Part shown: in pieces, positions 24,831-36,700 of the stretch | Numbering within the stretch: position 1 is the first letter of the stretch | How the letters are laid out: each line of letters starts with the position of its first letter | NCBI GenBank assembly: GCA_026770705.1 | Contig: JANJGN010000026.1 | Span: forward strand, 34,410,001 to 34,474,000 | Source of the DNA: Isurus oxyrinchus | Lineage: Eukaryota | DNA: 64,000 nucleotides | Reading direction: 5' to 3' | Program-made: the position numbers and the translations under genes | The notes under the pieces: generated by a model | Databases searched by the model: none | The model's input: only the letters and a program-made list of their open reading frames with translations | Told to the model about the DNA's origin: nothing

Positions 24831-25913
24831 TCACCAGGCCCTGTAACTTTTATTAATGCACTAGCCCATATCCCTGGTTAGATAACACCAGATCTTGTCT
24901 CTGTTATTACTGCATTAGCCAATATCTCTTTTTATAATCCACCAAATACTGTCGCTGTTATTACTGCAGTTGGTCCATATCTCTGTTTACATTACCAGGT
25001 CCGGTCTCTGTTTATGCACCACTAGATCCTGGTTTATTTTACATAAGATTTACATTGAATATATAACCGACAGACAAACCAGTCAGACCAAATATGATTC
25101 AAGTGGTTGTGGTGGAGTTTGTGAAGGTAAAAGTTTAAAAAGTGAAAATAGAAATAGTGAAAGTTCTCTAGAGAGCAGCAGGGGTTTCAATCCTTCCCAT
25201 CAACAGGAGTAATACATCGGAGAATTACAGGTGGATTAATCTTATGTCAGGCACAGGTAAAGTTTTATTATTTGCCATCACTTGCACAAATCATCACACA
25301 TTCGAGATTATCATGAACTTCTGTGAGATGTTGAGATGCTCATTTGTTAATAAACTGCAGGTTATTCTCGATGTGATTTGATCCGCTTTCCAACTGATCA
25401 CCACCTTAGATAAGCCACCTTAGAAACGAAGTAGTCAGTCTGACATCATTTTACGAACAAATACACACAAAAGATTGGTTATCAATAAATAATTAAAGTG
25501 TTAAACAATCTGCAATTAAAATAAATGCATAGTTTTGGAATTGAACACAATCACTGAAGGCGTGAATGAGTTGAAGTTTATCATTGGTAGAAATGAGGGG
25601 AAATTACTAAAAAAATCATTTTCTCCAAAGAGTGTTATTATATAGTAGGAGATTCATAATAAATAAGGGACTCTCAGAGAGAGAGGGAGAGAGAGAGAGA
25701 AAGAGAGAGGGTGCGGGGGGTGGAGGTAAGGTGGTGGGTGGAGAGAGAGACAGAGATAAAGAGAAGACGTTCAGTGAGTTAGGTGCTGCCTCAGACAGAG
25801 AGAGAAGAGACATTCAGTGATTTTGGTGATAGACATGTTTGTCTTGATAACGAAATGGTCAACATGACATCACTTTCTAAACAAAAGTACACAACGAAAC
25901 ATATTATCAATAA

Positions 25914-26136
25914 ATATAAAAACAAAAATAAAAACAAAAAACTGCAGATGCTGGAAATCCAAAACAAAAACAGAATTACCTGGAAAAACTTAGCAGGTCT
26001 GGCAGCATTGGTGGAGAAGAACAAAGTTGACGTTTTGAGTCCTCATGACCCTTCAACAGAACTAAGTAGAAATAGGAAAGTGGTGAAGGGCTGCCAGACC
26101 TGCTGAGTTTTTCCAGATATTTCTGTTTTTGTTATG
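25914..26136 (-). mobile_element. Short Penelope-derived insertion with internal inversion
   Basis: Direct repeat TTATCAATAA at 25904-25913 and 26137-26146; 26090-26136 is an inverted copy of part of 25965-26005. Confidence 0.7.
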
Positions 26137-26479
26137 TTATCAATAATTATTTGCAGTATTAAATCATCCGTGGTTACAGTTTGTGTAAAAAAAACCCTAA
26201 ATACTGAAACATTCTGGCGAAGAATATCAATTATCTTTGAGAAATGGCGGCTAAGCAAAAGGCATGATTTTTTTGCACACAACACACATAACTGCCCATA
26301 TTTGATATATAATTTCTTTGACTGAAACTAAATGAAACCAACTGTCAGGTGCTGCAAGATCGGGCCGTCCAAAACCGCCCGATTTAGGTCAACGACAGAG
26401 AACAATTCCCACCTCAACATCTTTGTGTATAACATTAGCTCTCCAACTCACAGAGACATAGGCCCCTGCAGGAAAAACA

Positions 26480-28670
26480 GAGGCATTGCCTAGTGTGGCA
26501 ATAACTGAGGCAGGGTTAGCGCAGTGATCACTGAATAAGGACCTGGGTTAATATCAATTGATATCAATCCTCTCTCGGGACTAGAACAGTAATGATTGAT
26601 CTGGCACATGGATTAATAATATCCTAGACAGGATCTGGTGCAGTTATAAGTGAGATTGCCTCCAATTTAAGATAAACAAAAGACATGATCTAGTGGAGTA
26701 AAAACAGAGACAAGGCGAGTGTAATATAAGATGTATGGACTAGTGCAGCAACAACTAATACATGATTCAGAGTTGTATATGCGGACCCTGGGTCCAGAGC
26801 AGTAATAACTGAGACTTACTGTACGTAATACAACCAGAGCCATGGCCGAATTCAGAAACAGCTGAGACGATGCCGAGCACTGAAATAACTGAGGAAGGAA
26901 TTGTTGTAATATTATCATAGACAGAAACTATTTCAATAGAAACAAAGTCAGGGTCTGATTCAGTAATACTGAGACAGGGCCGAGTGCACCAATTATTGAT
27001 GCAGCAGCTACAGTAATATAAAGCGAGACTGGGCCTAGTATCAGCAATTACTGAGCCAGGTTTTAGTGCAGTAATAACAGACTTTGTCTTGTGTAATATA
27101 AACAGGGATGTGGTCCAGACAGAAATAACAAAGACAGTGCCTATTTTAATAGAAGCAGAGATAATATCTCGTGTAACATAAACTGAGATGGGGTCTAGTG
27201 CGATATACACTGAGACAGGGTCTACTGTAATATAAACTGAGATAGGTTCTCACAGAATATCAGCAAATACACGATTTAGTGTAATATAAACAGGGACATG
27301 ATCTAATCGAATAAAAATTGGGGCAGTGCTGAGTCCAGAAATAAAAGGGATAGGGTCTTGTGTAGTATGAACAGTGACATGATCTAGTTCAGTATTAACT
27401 GAGGCAGGATCTAGTGAAAGAGAACTGTCACGAGATCTACTGCAGTTTTATCTAATGCGGGGCCTTGTCCAATATAAACTGAGACAGAGCCTGTCACAGT
27501 AATTACAAACACAGGGCCTGTATTAATATAAACAGTGATATGGGCAAGTGCAGCAATAAGAGAGAAAGAGAGAGAGAGAGAGAAACGGTATTAGGCAATA
27601 ATAACAATGATAGGGCATCATATGATCTAAACAGAGGCATGGACTGGTGCAGCATTGGCCCAGGCATCCCCTAGCTTAGTATGAATGTGGCAGGGTTTAG
27701 TAATGTAATAACTGAGGCAGAGCCTCGTGCCATGCATACAGGAACATGTTCTGGTTTCTTATAAGCAGGGACAAGTACTAGTGCAGTAACAACTGAGATA
27801 TGGACTCTTATCATAGTAGCCAAGACATGGTTCAATGCAGTGATAACTGAGAGAATGTATATTTATAAGAAGGCATATGGGACACCTGCCTTTATTAGCT
27901 GAGGCATAGAAAATAGGAGCAGGGAGGTTATGCTGGAACTGTGTGAAATACTGGTTCGGCCACAGCTAGAGTATTGCATGCAGTTCTGGAATCTCATTAG
28001 AGGAAGGGTGTGATTACACTCGAGAGAGTGCAGAGGAGATTTACCAGGGTGTTGCCTGGGCTGGGGAGTTTTAGTTATGAGGAGGGTTTGGATAGACTGG
28101 CGTTATTTCCCCTGCAGCAGAGAAGATTGAGGGGGTCATGACTGAGGTGTATAAAATTATGAGGGGTAGGGTAGGCAGGAAGGAGCGTTTCCCTTTGGTG
28201 GAGGAATCAATAATCAGGGGGCATCAATTTAAGTTAAGGAGCAGGAGGTTTAGAGAGGATGTGAGGAAGATTCTTTTCCCCCAGAGGGTGGTGGGAATCT
28301 GGAGCTCACTGCCTGAAAGAGTGGTAGAGGCAGAAACCCTCCTAACATTTCAGAAGTATTTGGATGTGCACTTGCGATGCCATGGCATACAAGGCTATGG
28401 ACCTAGTGCCGGAAAATGGGATTAGAATAGTTAGGTACTTGGCTGACCAGCACAGACTCGATGGGCCGAAGGGCCTTTTTCTGTCCTGTAGACCTCTATG
28501 ACTCTAATGTCTAGTGGAATATGGCCTTTGTCCAGTACTTTAACAACTGAGATTGAACCTATTACAAAAACATATTACAACCTGTTGTAATATGATCAGA
28601 GACATGACTTAGTGTACTATATACAGACAGAGGGTCAAGTTTAATATGAAAAGCGACAGGGTTCAGTGCA
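26480..28670 (-). repeat. Degenerate 27-bp tandem repeat in reverse orientation, interrupted by CR1
   Basis: Repeated GTGCAGTAATAACTGAGACAGGGTCTA / GTGTAATATAAACAGAGAC variants. Confidence 0.75.
27865..28505 (+). mobile_element. CR1 3' fragment
   Basis: ORF 28138-28425 (RGHQFKLRSRRFREDVRK..FPQRVVGIWSSLPERVVEA); CTCTATGACTCTA tail. Confidence 0.85.
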
Positions 28671-28799
28671 GAAATGTTTGAGACTGTGTGTGGTACATAT
28701 CGTGTCAGTCTTCACTGTTTCACTGCCATCTACTGGACAGGCACTGCTATTGCTGATGTTGTGAAAATGTCGATTTCAGTTGCTACTTCTGATATTAAA

Positions 28800-29830
28800 A
28801 ATAGAATCATTGAATTCGTACAGCACAGAAGGTTGCCTTTCGGCCAGTCTTGTCTATGCTGAGCCTCTGAAAGAGCAGTTGACCTCGTGCCACTGCTTTT
28901 CCCGTACTCCAGCGTTTTTCCCTCCTTTTCAGATAATGATCCAATTTCCTTTTGAAAGTATCAATTGTCCCTCAATTCACCACACTGTCAGTCAATGCAT
29001 TCCAGATCCTAACCACTCACTGCGTGAACGCGTTTTTCTCCTTGACTCCACTGCTTCTTCTCCAGGTTACTTTAACCCTGTGCCCATTGGTTTTTGATCC
29101 TTCCACCAATGGGAACGATGTCTCCTATCTAGTCTGTCCAGACCCCTCAAGATTTTTAATATCCCTATCAAATATCCTCCACACTTTCTCTTCACCAATG
29201 AGATTAAAGCCAGCTTCTCCACTCTTTATACATAACTGGAGCTCCTCATCCCTGGAACATTTTCCATAAATCTGTGCCCTCATGCCTTCAAATTCTTCCT
29301 GAAGTGTGATGCCCAGAATTGAACACAATATTCCAGTTGAGGCCTAACCAGTGTGTCACTCAAGTTTTACTTAACCTCCCTGCTTTTATACTGTTTTCCC
29401 CTACTGATAAAGTCCAGGATGCTGTATGTTTTATTAACCACTCTCTTTACTTTCTGCCACATTCAATAATTTATACATATAAACAGCCTCTGCTCCTGCA
29501 GCCTCTTTGGATTCGTACTCTTTCCTTTATATTGTCTCTCTGCGTTCTTACTACTGACAGGAACCACTTCTCATCTTCTCTGTCTTAATTTCATCTGTTA
29601 CTTGCCGCCCATTTCACCAACCTCTCTATATCGTTCTGAGATTCTCCACTATCCTCCTCATGGCTCACTATGCTTCCACATTTTGCATCGTCCGTATATT
29701 TTGAAATTGTGCCCTGTACACCAAGGCCTAGTTCATTAATAAATATCATGAAAAGCAGGCGTTCTAGCACTGATCCCTGGGGAAATTCATTGTAATCCTT
29801 CCCCGAGTCCGAAAATCAACCGCTGTGTTT
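28800..29830 (-). mobile_element. Old CR1 fragment
   Basis: Reverse-complement RT-region remnants (CACTGATCCCTGGGG, TTTGCATCGTC) and CR1 tail. Confidence 0.7.
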
Positions 29831-30328
29831 CTTTCCAACATTTTTTTTAAAAAGCTGATTGCCTCACTGATCATAAATTGCTCCCTCGGGTTTGTGTCTC
29901 ACCGAGGAAAATAGAAACAGGAATGTAATTTAATTAATAGAATTATCCAGCACGAAAGGATGACATTCGGCCCATCGTGTAGGTGCTGCGCCTTTAAAAT
30001 TGCAATCCAATTGTCCCCACTGCCCATGACTTTTCCCCATGTCCAGCACAGATCCATTATTTGTTTGAAAGTTCCTGTGGAATCTGTTCCCACCTCCCAA
30101 TCAGACATTGCAGTCCTGATCAGAAGAATTCGCCATATAAAATAAAGTATCACCTCATTCCCCACTTGATCATATTTTAATAACAGTAAATACGGTTCGA
30201 ACAGGCTTCAAACGAAGAGAATTACTGCAAAAAGCAGGGCCAGTCACGTGAATGGCAGATTCCCCTGGACAAACCCCAGTGGCTAAACAAAAAGATAATG
30301 TTCATTATTTTTATCCTCCATATTCCAG

Positions 30329-30626
30329 TTCCATAAGTTCCCGGGATCCGCCTGTACAAACTTCTGTTGCCGGTGACACCGTTACTTTATGCTGTGAATA
30401 TTCAGCATTCTGTCAGTACACAGGCACTGGTACCGTCGGTATCCAGGACAGGTTCCGGAGTATCTGCTTCAGAGACACACTTCAGGAGAGGAGAATAAAG
30501 AAAACGCTGGCGAGGGGGGGAATTTCTGCTTCTATCGATCCTGCCGAGAAAATCAGCCGGCTAAACATCTCCAAATTACAACTGAGCGACTTCGCAGTGT
30601 ATTACTGTGACCTGAGTTGCGCACAG
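30329..30626 (+). pseudogene. TRDV: TCR V-delta exon resembling the NAR-TCR 'supporting' V-delta; leaderless and frameshifted
   Basis: Acceptor TATTCCAG 30321-30328; reconstructed DPPVQTSVAGDTVTLCCEYSAFCQYT/WYRRYPGQVPEYLLQRHTSGEENKENAGEG/ISASIDPAEKISRLNISKLQLSDFAVYYCDLS; extra Cys in CDR1; no leader exon seen; frameshifts. Confidence 0.75.
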
Positions 30627-30665
30627 CACAGTGATACAGAGCACGGAGAGAGCTGTACAAAAACC
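30627..30665 (+). other. 23-bp-spacer recombination signal sequence (perfect consensus)
   Basis: CACAGTG-ATACAGAGCACGGAGAGAGCTGT(23)-ACAAAAACC. Confidence 0.95.
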
Positions 30666-30899
30666 TGAACATGGTGGGATTACAGACACACAGTGATGCA
30701 AGGCATGGAAAGAGTTCGAATTCTTGCCCATTTTCGGGATCAAGTTGAAAGGAGCACACGCACACACACATACACACACGGAAGCGTGTGGGGCGCGGGG
30801 GGTGGGGGGGGGGGTGGATGTGGAATGTAACCCCACTGTTTAAGAAGGGAGTGAGGCAAAAGACAGGAAATTACAAGCCGATTAGCCTTCATGGAACAT

Positions 30900-33800
30900 T
30901 ATGAAAAAACTGAAAAGAAGGGAGAGCCCAGGAAAGGCCATTAAAGCCTACAGAACACAAAATAGGACAGAGTGTTTGGAAAGGGCTAGGAATCTAACTT
31001 CAACCACATCAAATAAAGGGACGACAATGAGAAAGGGGCCGGGAAATACAGGACTGAAGGTGTTGTATCTGAATGCACGCAGTATACGAAATAAAGTAAA
31101 TCAGCTTGTGGTGCGGATTGAAATTGGCAGGTATGATGTGGAGGGCATCACGGAGACATGGCTGCAAGGGGATCAGGACTGGGAGCTAAATATCCAAGGA
31201 AGTACATCCTATCAAAAACATAGGCAGGTTGACAGAGGGAGTGGGTTGCTTTGTTACTAAGAAATGAAATTAAATCGATAGCAAGAAATGACGTAGGGTC
31301 AGATGATGTAGAATGTATGTGGGTAGAGTTGAGGAACTGCAAAGGTAAAAAAAAACATAATGGGAGTTATGTACAGGCCTCCGAACAGTAGTCAGGATGT
31401 GGGGCACCAGATACACCAGGAGTTAGAAAATGCGTGTATGAAAGACAAGGTTACAGTGACCATGGGGGATTTCAATATGCAGGTAGACTGGGAAAATTAG
31501 GTTGGTAGTGGATCCCAAGAAAAGGAATTTGTGGAATGTCTGTGAGATGGCTTTTTGGAGCAGCTTGTGGTGGAGCCCACTAGGGAACAGGCAATTCTAG
31601 ATTTAGTGATGTGTAATGAGGCAGATTTGATAAGGGAGCTTAAAGTGAAGGAGCCCTTAGGAGGAAGTGGCCATAATATGATAGAATTTACCCTGCAATT
31701 TGAGAGGAAAAAGCTGGAATCAGATGTAATGGTATTACAGTTGAATAAAGGCAACTACAGAGGCATAAGGGAGGAGCTGGCCAGAATTTACTGGGAGGTG
31801 AGCCTAGCAGGAAAGACAGTGGAATAGCAATGGCAGGAGTTTCTGGGAGTAATTTGGGAGACACAGCAAAAATTCATCCCCATGAAAAAGAGGCATACTA
31901 AAGGGAAGACGAGGCAACCATGGCTGACAAGGGAAGTCAGGGACAGCATAAAAGCTAAAGAGAAAGCTTACAATGTGGCGAAGAGCAGTGGGAAACCAGG
32001 GGATTGGGAAGTCTACAAAGACCAACAGAGGGCAACTAAAAAAGAAATAGGGAAGGAGAAAATTAACTATGAGAGTAAACTAGCCAGTAATATAAAAGAA
32101 GATTGCAAGTGTTTTTTTTTTTAGATATATAAAGGTTAAGGGATAGGCAAAAGTGGACATTGGGCCGCTGGAAAATGACGCTAGAGAAGTAGTAGTGGGG
32201 AACAAAGAAATGGCAGAGGAACTGAATAGGTGCATTGCATCAGTCTTCACGGTGGAAGATAAGTGTAACATCCCCAAAGTTCAAGAGAGTCGGGGGCAGA
32301 GGTGAGTATGATGGCCATTACCAAGGACAAGGTGCTAGGAAAACTGAAAGGTGGATAAATCACCTGGCCAAATGGATTACACCCCAGAGTTCTGAAGGAG
32401 AGGCCGAAGACATCGTGGAGGCGTTAGTGGTGATCTTTCAGGAATCACTGGAGTCAGGGAGGATCCCAGAGGACTGGAAAATAGCTAATGTAACCCTACT
32501 GTTTAAGAAGGGAGTGAGGCAAAAGACGGGAAATTACAGGCCGATTAGCCTGACCTTGGTCATTGGTAAGATTTTAGAGTCCATTATTAAGAATGAGATT
32601 TCAGAATACCTGGAAGGGTAAAATAGGACAAAGTCAGCATGGTTTCATCAAGGGGAGGTCATGCCTGACAAATCTGTTAGAACTCTTTGAGGAGGTAACG
32701 AGTAAGTTAGGCAAAGGAGAGCCAATGGATGTTATCTACTTGGGCATACAGAAGGCCTTTGACAAGGTGCCACACAGGAGGCTGCTCGGTAAGATAAGAG
32801 CCCATGGTGTTAGAGGCAAGGGACTAGCATGAATAGAAGGTTGGCTGTTTGGCAGGAGGCAGAGAGTGGAGATAAGGGGGTCCTTCTCAAGATGGCGGCC
32901 GGTGACTAGTGGAGTTCCGCAGGGGTCAGTGTTGGGACCACAACTTTCACTTTATACATTAATGATCTAGATGAAATTACTGAGGGCATTCTGGCTAAGT
33001 TTACAGATGATACAAAGATAGGTGGAGGGACAGGTAGTTTTGAGGAGGCGGGGAGGCTGCAAAGGATTTGGACAAGTTAGGAAAATGGGCAAATAAGTGG
33101 CAGAAGGAATTCAACGTGGTGAAGTGTGAGGTCATGCACTTTGGTAGGAAGAATAGAGGCATAGACTATTTTCTAAATGGGGAGAGAATTCAGAAACCTG
33201 GAGTGCAAAGGGACTGGGGAGTCCTAGTCCAGGATTCTCTTAAGGTTAACTTGCAGGTTGTGTCGGTAGTTTGGAAGGCAAATGCAATGTTAGCATTTAT
33301 TTCGAGAGGACTAGAATATAAAAGCAGGGATGTGCTTCTGAGGATTTATAAGGCTCTGGTCAGACCACATTTAGAATATTGTAAGCAATGCTGGGCCCCG
33401 TATCTCAGGAAGGATGTGTTGGCCCTGGAGAGGGTCCAAGGAGGTTCACAAGAATCATCCCAGGAATGAAAGGCTTAAGATATGAGAAACGTTTGAGGAC
33501 TCTTGATCGAGTTTAGATGGATGAGGGGGATCTGATTGAAACTTACAGAATACTGAAAGGCCTGGATAGAGAGGACGTGGGGAAGATGTTTCCATTAGTA
33601 AGAGAGAATAGCACCCGAGGGCACGGCCTCAGAGTAAAGGGAAGACCTTTTAGAATAGAGATGAGGAGAAACTTCTTTAGCCAGAGAGTGGAGAATCTAT
33701 GGAATTCATTGCCACAAAAGGCTGTGGACGCCAGGTTATTGAATGCATTTAAGACCGAGATAGATAAGTTCTTGATTGGTTAGGGGATCAAAGGTTGGGG

Positions 33801-33910
33801 GAGAAGGTGGGAGAAAGGGGTTGAGAAACTTATCAGCCATGATTGAATGGCGGAGCAGACTCGATGGGCCGAATGGCCTAATTTCTGCCCCTATGTCTTA
33901 TGGTCTCATG
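30900..33910 (+). mobile_element. Near full-length CR1 ORF2 (APE endonuclease + RT), disrupted
   Basis: LKVLYLNARSIRNK...GITETWL, EQLVVEPTREQAILDLV, NYRPISLT, SQHGFIKGRSCLTNL, 3' tail TCTTATGGTC. Confidence 0.95.
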
Positions 33911-33919
33911 GTCTTATTG

Positions 33920-34670
33920 TGTACTCTTCTGGGCATCACACTTGAGGAAGGATGTGAATGGTTTAGAAAGGGCGCAGAGAAGTTGACCAGGATCGTCCCA
34001 GGGATGCAGAACTATAGTTAATTGGATAGACTGGGGAAACTGGACTTGTTCTTCATGGAGAATAGAAGGTTCAGTCTAGGTCTGATAGAATTGTTCCAAA
34101 TCATGTGGGTCTGAGCCGAGTAGATCAAAATAAACTGTTTCTCTTGCTGGAAGGGTGGAGAGAAAGAACAGGAGGTTGGGCTTCAGTTCTCTTCCTTGGT
34201 GAATGGGCTGTGGAAGGCAGCAACTCCATCAGTTCACTGCGGCTGGGAAAGCTCCCTCTCTGTGTGCAGTTTTGGTCTCCTTATCTGAGGAAGGATGTAC
34301 TTGCTATAGAGGGAGTGCAACGAAGGTTTACCCGACTGATTCCTGGGATGGCAGGACTGACATACGAAGAGAGATTGAGTTGGTTAGCATTACTCTCGCT
34401 GGAGTGCAGAAGAATGAGGGCGGATCTCATAGAAACATTTACAATTCCAACAGGACTAGACAGGGTAGATGCAGGAAGGGTGTTCCCGATGGTGGGCAGA
34501 GTCCAGAACCAGGGGTCACAGTCTGAGGGCGTGGGGTAGACCATTTAGGACTGAGATGAGGAGAAATGTCTTCACACAGAGAGTGGTGAGCCTGTGGAAT
34601 TCGTTACCACAGAAAGTAGTTGAGACCAAAACATTGTATGTTGTAAACAGGAAGGAGTTGGATGATCAAT
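33920..34670 (+). mobile_element. CR1 3' fragments
   Basis: CVQFWSPYLRKDVLAIEGVQRRFTRLIPGM; close relative of the 24191-24740 segment. Confidence 0.85.
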
Positions 34671-34689
34671 GATCGAGGAGCACTGATTC

Positions 34690-35160
34690 ATCAGTGGGGG
34701 AGGGCGGTCTGTGGTAATCAACAGGAGGATTCCTTGCCCAGGTTTGACTTTATACCATGAGAATGCTTGAGGCCTGGATTCGATGTTGAGGGCTCCCAGG
34801 GCAACTCCCCCTCAACTGTAAACCACTGTGCTGCCACCTCTGCTGGGTCTGTCCTGCTGATGGGACGGGACATATCAAGAGTTGGTGATGGTGGAGTATT
34901 GGATATTATCTGTAAGGTACGATTCCGTGAGCATGACTATGTCAGGCTGATGCTTGATTAGTCTGTGAGATAGCTCTCCACATTTTGGCACAAGTCCCCA
35001 GACGTTAACGAGGAGGACTTTCGACATCGCTGAGTTTGCTATTGTTACTTCCGGTGCCTTGGTCGATGCCCGGTGCTCCATCCGGAATGTTACCTTTTTT
35101 TTTTGAGGACATGTAATGGTTTTATTCAACTAGGCCAATTTGGAGTCTACCATATTGCTA
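34690..35160 (-). mobile_element. LINE fragment, APE endonuclease N-terminus (probably the family at 3590-6120)
   Basis: ORF 34875-35129: LLVNVWGLVPKCGELSHRLIKHQPDIVMLTESYL. Confidence 0.75.
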
Positions 35161-35169
35161 TGAATCTGG

Positions 35170-35380
35170 AGTCACATCCCTAAAGGATATTAGTGAATCA
35201 GATTTTTTTTAAACAACAGTCGGCAATTGATTCTTGGTTATTAATAGACTTCTAATTCCAGATTTTTATTGAATTCAAATTCCACCAACTGCCATGACGG
35301 GATTCGTACCTGGGTCCCCCAGAGAATTACTCTGGGTCTGTGGACTACTAGTCCAGTGACAATTCCATCGTCTCTCCCTT
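35170..35380 (-). mobile_element. SINE, 5' half
   Basis: Reverse complement of the head of the 62795 SINE (GTCACTGGACTAGTAGTCCACAGACCCAG). Confidence 0.7.
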
Positions 35381-35471
35381 CTACACTTTGAAATTTAGAA
35401 CAAATCGAGACACCAGATGGAAACAAATATTTTCTCCCTGTATTCTGGGATTTGAAGTCTGATTCATGCAT

Positions 35472-35542
35472 GCCCGGTTGCTTCAGTCAGTGGAGCATGA
35501 GCCTCTTAATCTCAGGATCCTGCTTTCGAGCCCCACTTAGAT
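35472..35542 (+). pseudogene. tRNA-Lys(CTT) pseudogene
   Basis: GCCCGGTTGCTTCAGTCAGTGGAGCATGAGCCT-CTT-AATCTCAGGATCCTGCTTTCGAGCCCCAC follows vertebrate tRNA-Lys-CTT; acceptor and T stems broken. Confidence 0.75.
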
Positions 35543-36511
35543 ATTATTAATTTTAAACATTGCTGTTGTATTCAGGAATGAAGCTTTCCATGCCTCTGCT
35601 AACGTCACTGCATTTAAGCGGAGTCTGTCTCCATCCCACTTTGTTAACATCATAATTGTTGGACTATGAGTGGAAACTGCCCACTGCTTCAACGCAAATG
35701 CGGGAGACCAGTTTGTAGGTGCCGATCTAATGTGCAATGAATGATGACACTTTAAAAGTGGCAAATTCCACTCACGCCCCTTTACTAACTGCTCGGAGTC
35801 ACTGAAATAGAATGGTCGCTTCCTGAAAAACTGATAACATCGGGTCCACATCCGGTGGTACCTAGATGAGAATGGTCTAATTCATAAGATTACAGTAGGG
35901 AAGTTAGGGAACTGCGCCTGAACATTATACAAGTCACAATGAAGATTTTTCTTCCTATGTGACTTGGTTCAATGAAATGTTTATTCCAGGAGGGGAAGGA
36001 TCAAGAGTTTTCAGTGTGGGACGGAAGTGACAGAGATTGATGCAGTAATTGCTCTCCCATTAACATCTCCTCTGCCTTAGCCATACGCTCACAGCGACTC
36101 GGTGTCTGTTTAAATGTTGCTCTGTGAGAACTTCAGTCATCCTCCAATCTGATTCAAAGCTGCCCTGTTGTGTACTCTTTAACTTTTTTCAATGTATAGC
36201 TACACCACTAATGTGAACAGTGTTTGAATTGGTAAAAATGGGGAACTGAACCGCATTGACAATCGCAGAGGAACACACACAGGTAGATGCAGAGAGAGTG
36301 ACAGGGACCACAGGAGATGGGGAAGGATGTCACCAACACATAGGGGAGAATGTCACCAACTTGGCTCAGTTGTTGTTCCATTTTCTGTTGCAAATTTGGA
36401 GAATGCTGGCAGATGAACAGAAATAAGAAAACACAGAAGTTTTGCTTTTCTTCTGTTTACTAATAATTTGCTCTGCAGGCACCTGGCTAAAATCAGGAAC
36501 AAGGGGCAGCA

Positions 36512-36586
36512 GAGTTAGCAACTTTCAAACCTATGAGGAGAGGCCGCAATGGGTTGCCAGCACCTTAACCATTCAGTCACGATAAC
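36512..36586 (-). pseudogene. tRNA-Ser pseudogene, anticodon loop deleted
   Basis: Minus strand GTTATCGTGACTGAATGGTTAAGGTGCTGG..CCATTGCGGCCTCTCCTCATAGGTTTGAAAGTTGCTAAC compared with GTAGTCGTGGCCGAGTGGTTAAGGCG... Confidence 0.6.
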
Positions 36587-36700
36587 ATGCCCCACGGCGA
36601 TCCACATGCTGCACCAACAGAAGTTTCTCTTGCTTCTTTTAATCCTGATAACTTTTCTGTCTATCATGTTATTATGAAACAACGCAATTAATATGAATAA

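Noticed and set aside
25531-25600. AGTTTTGGA-12 bp-CACTGAA as a 12-RSS of a J or D segment
   Set aside because: The critical GTG is missing and the following sequence has no FGxG motif
28681-28770. Possible NAR-TCR J segment (YWTGTAIA after CACTGTT)
   Set aside because: No acceptable nonamer, heptamer lacks the essential GTG end, no GxG motif or splice donor
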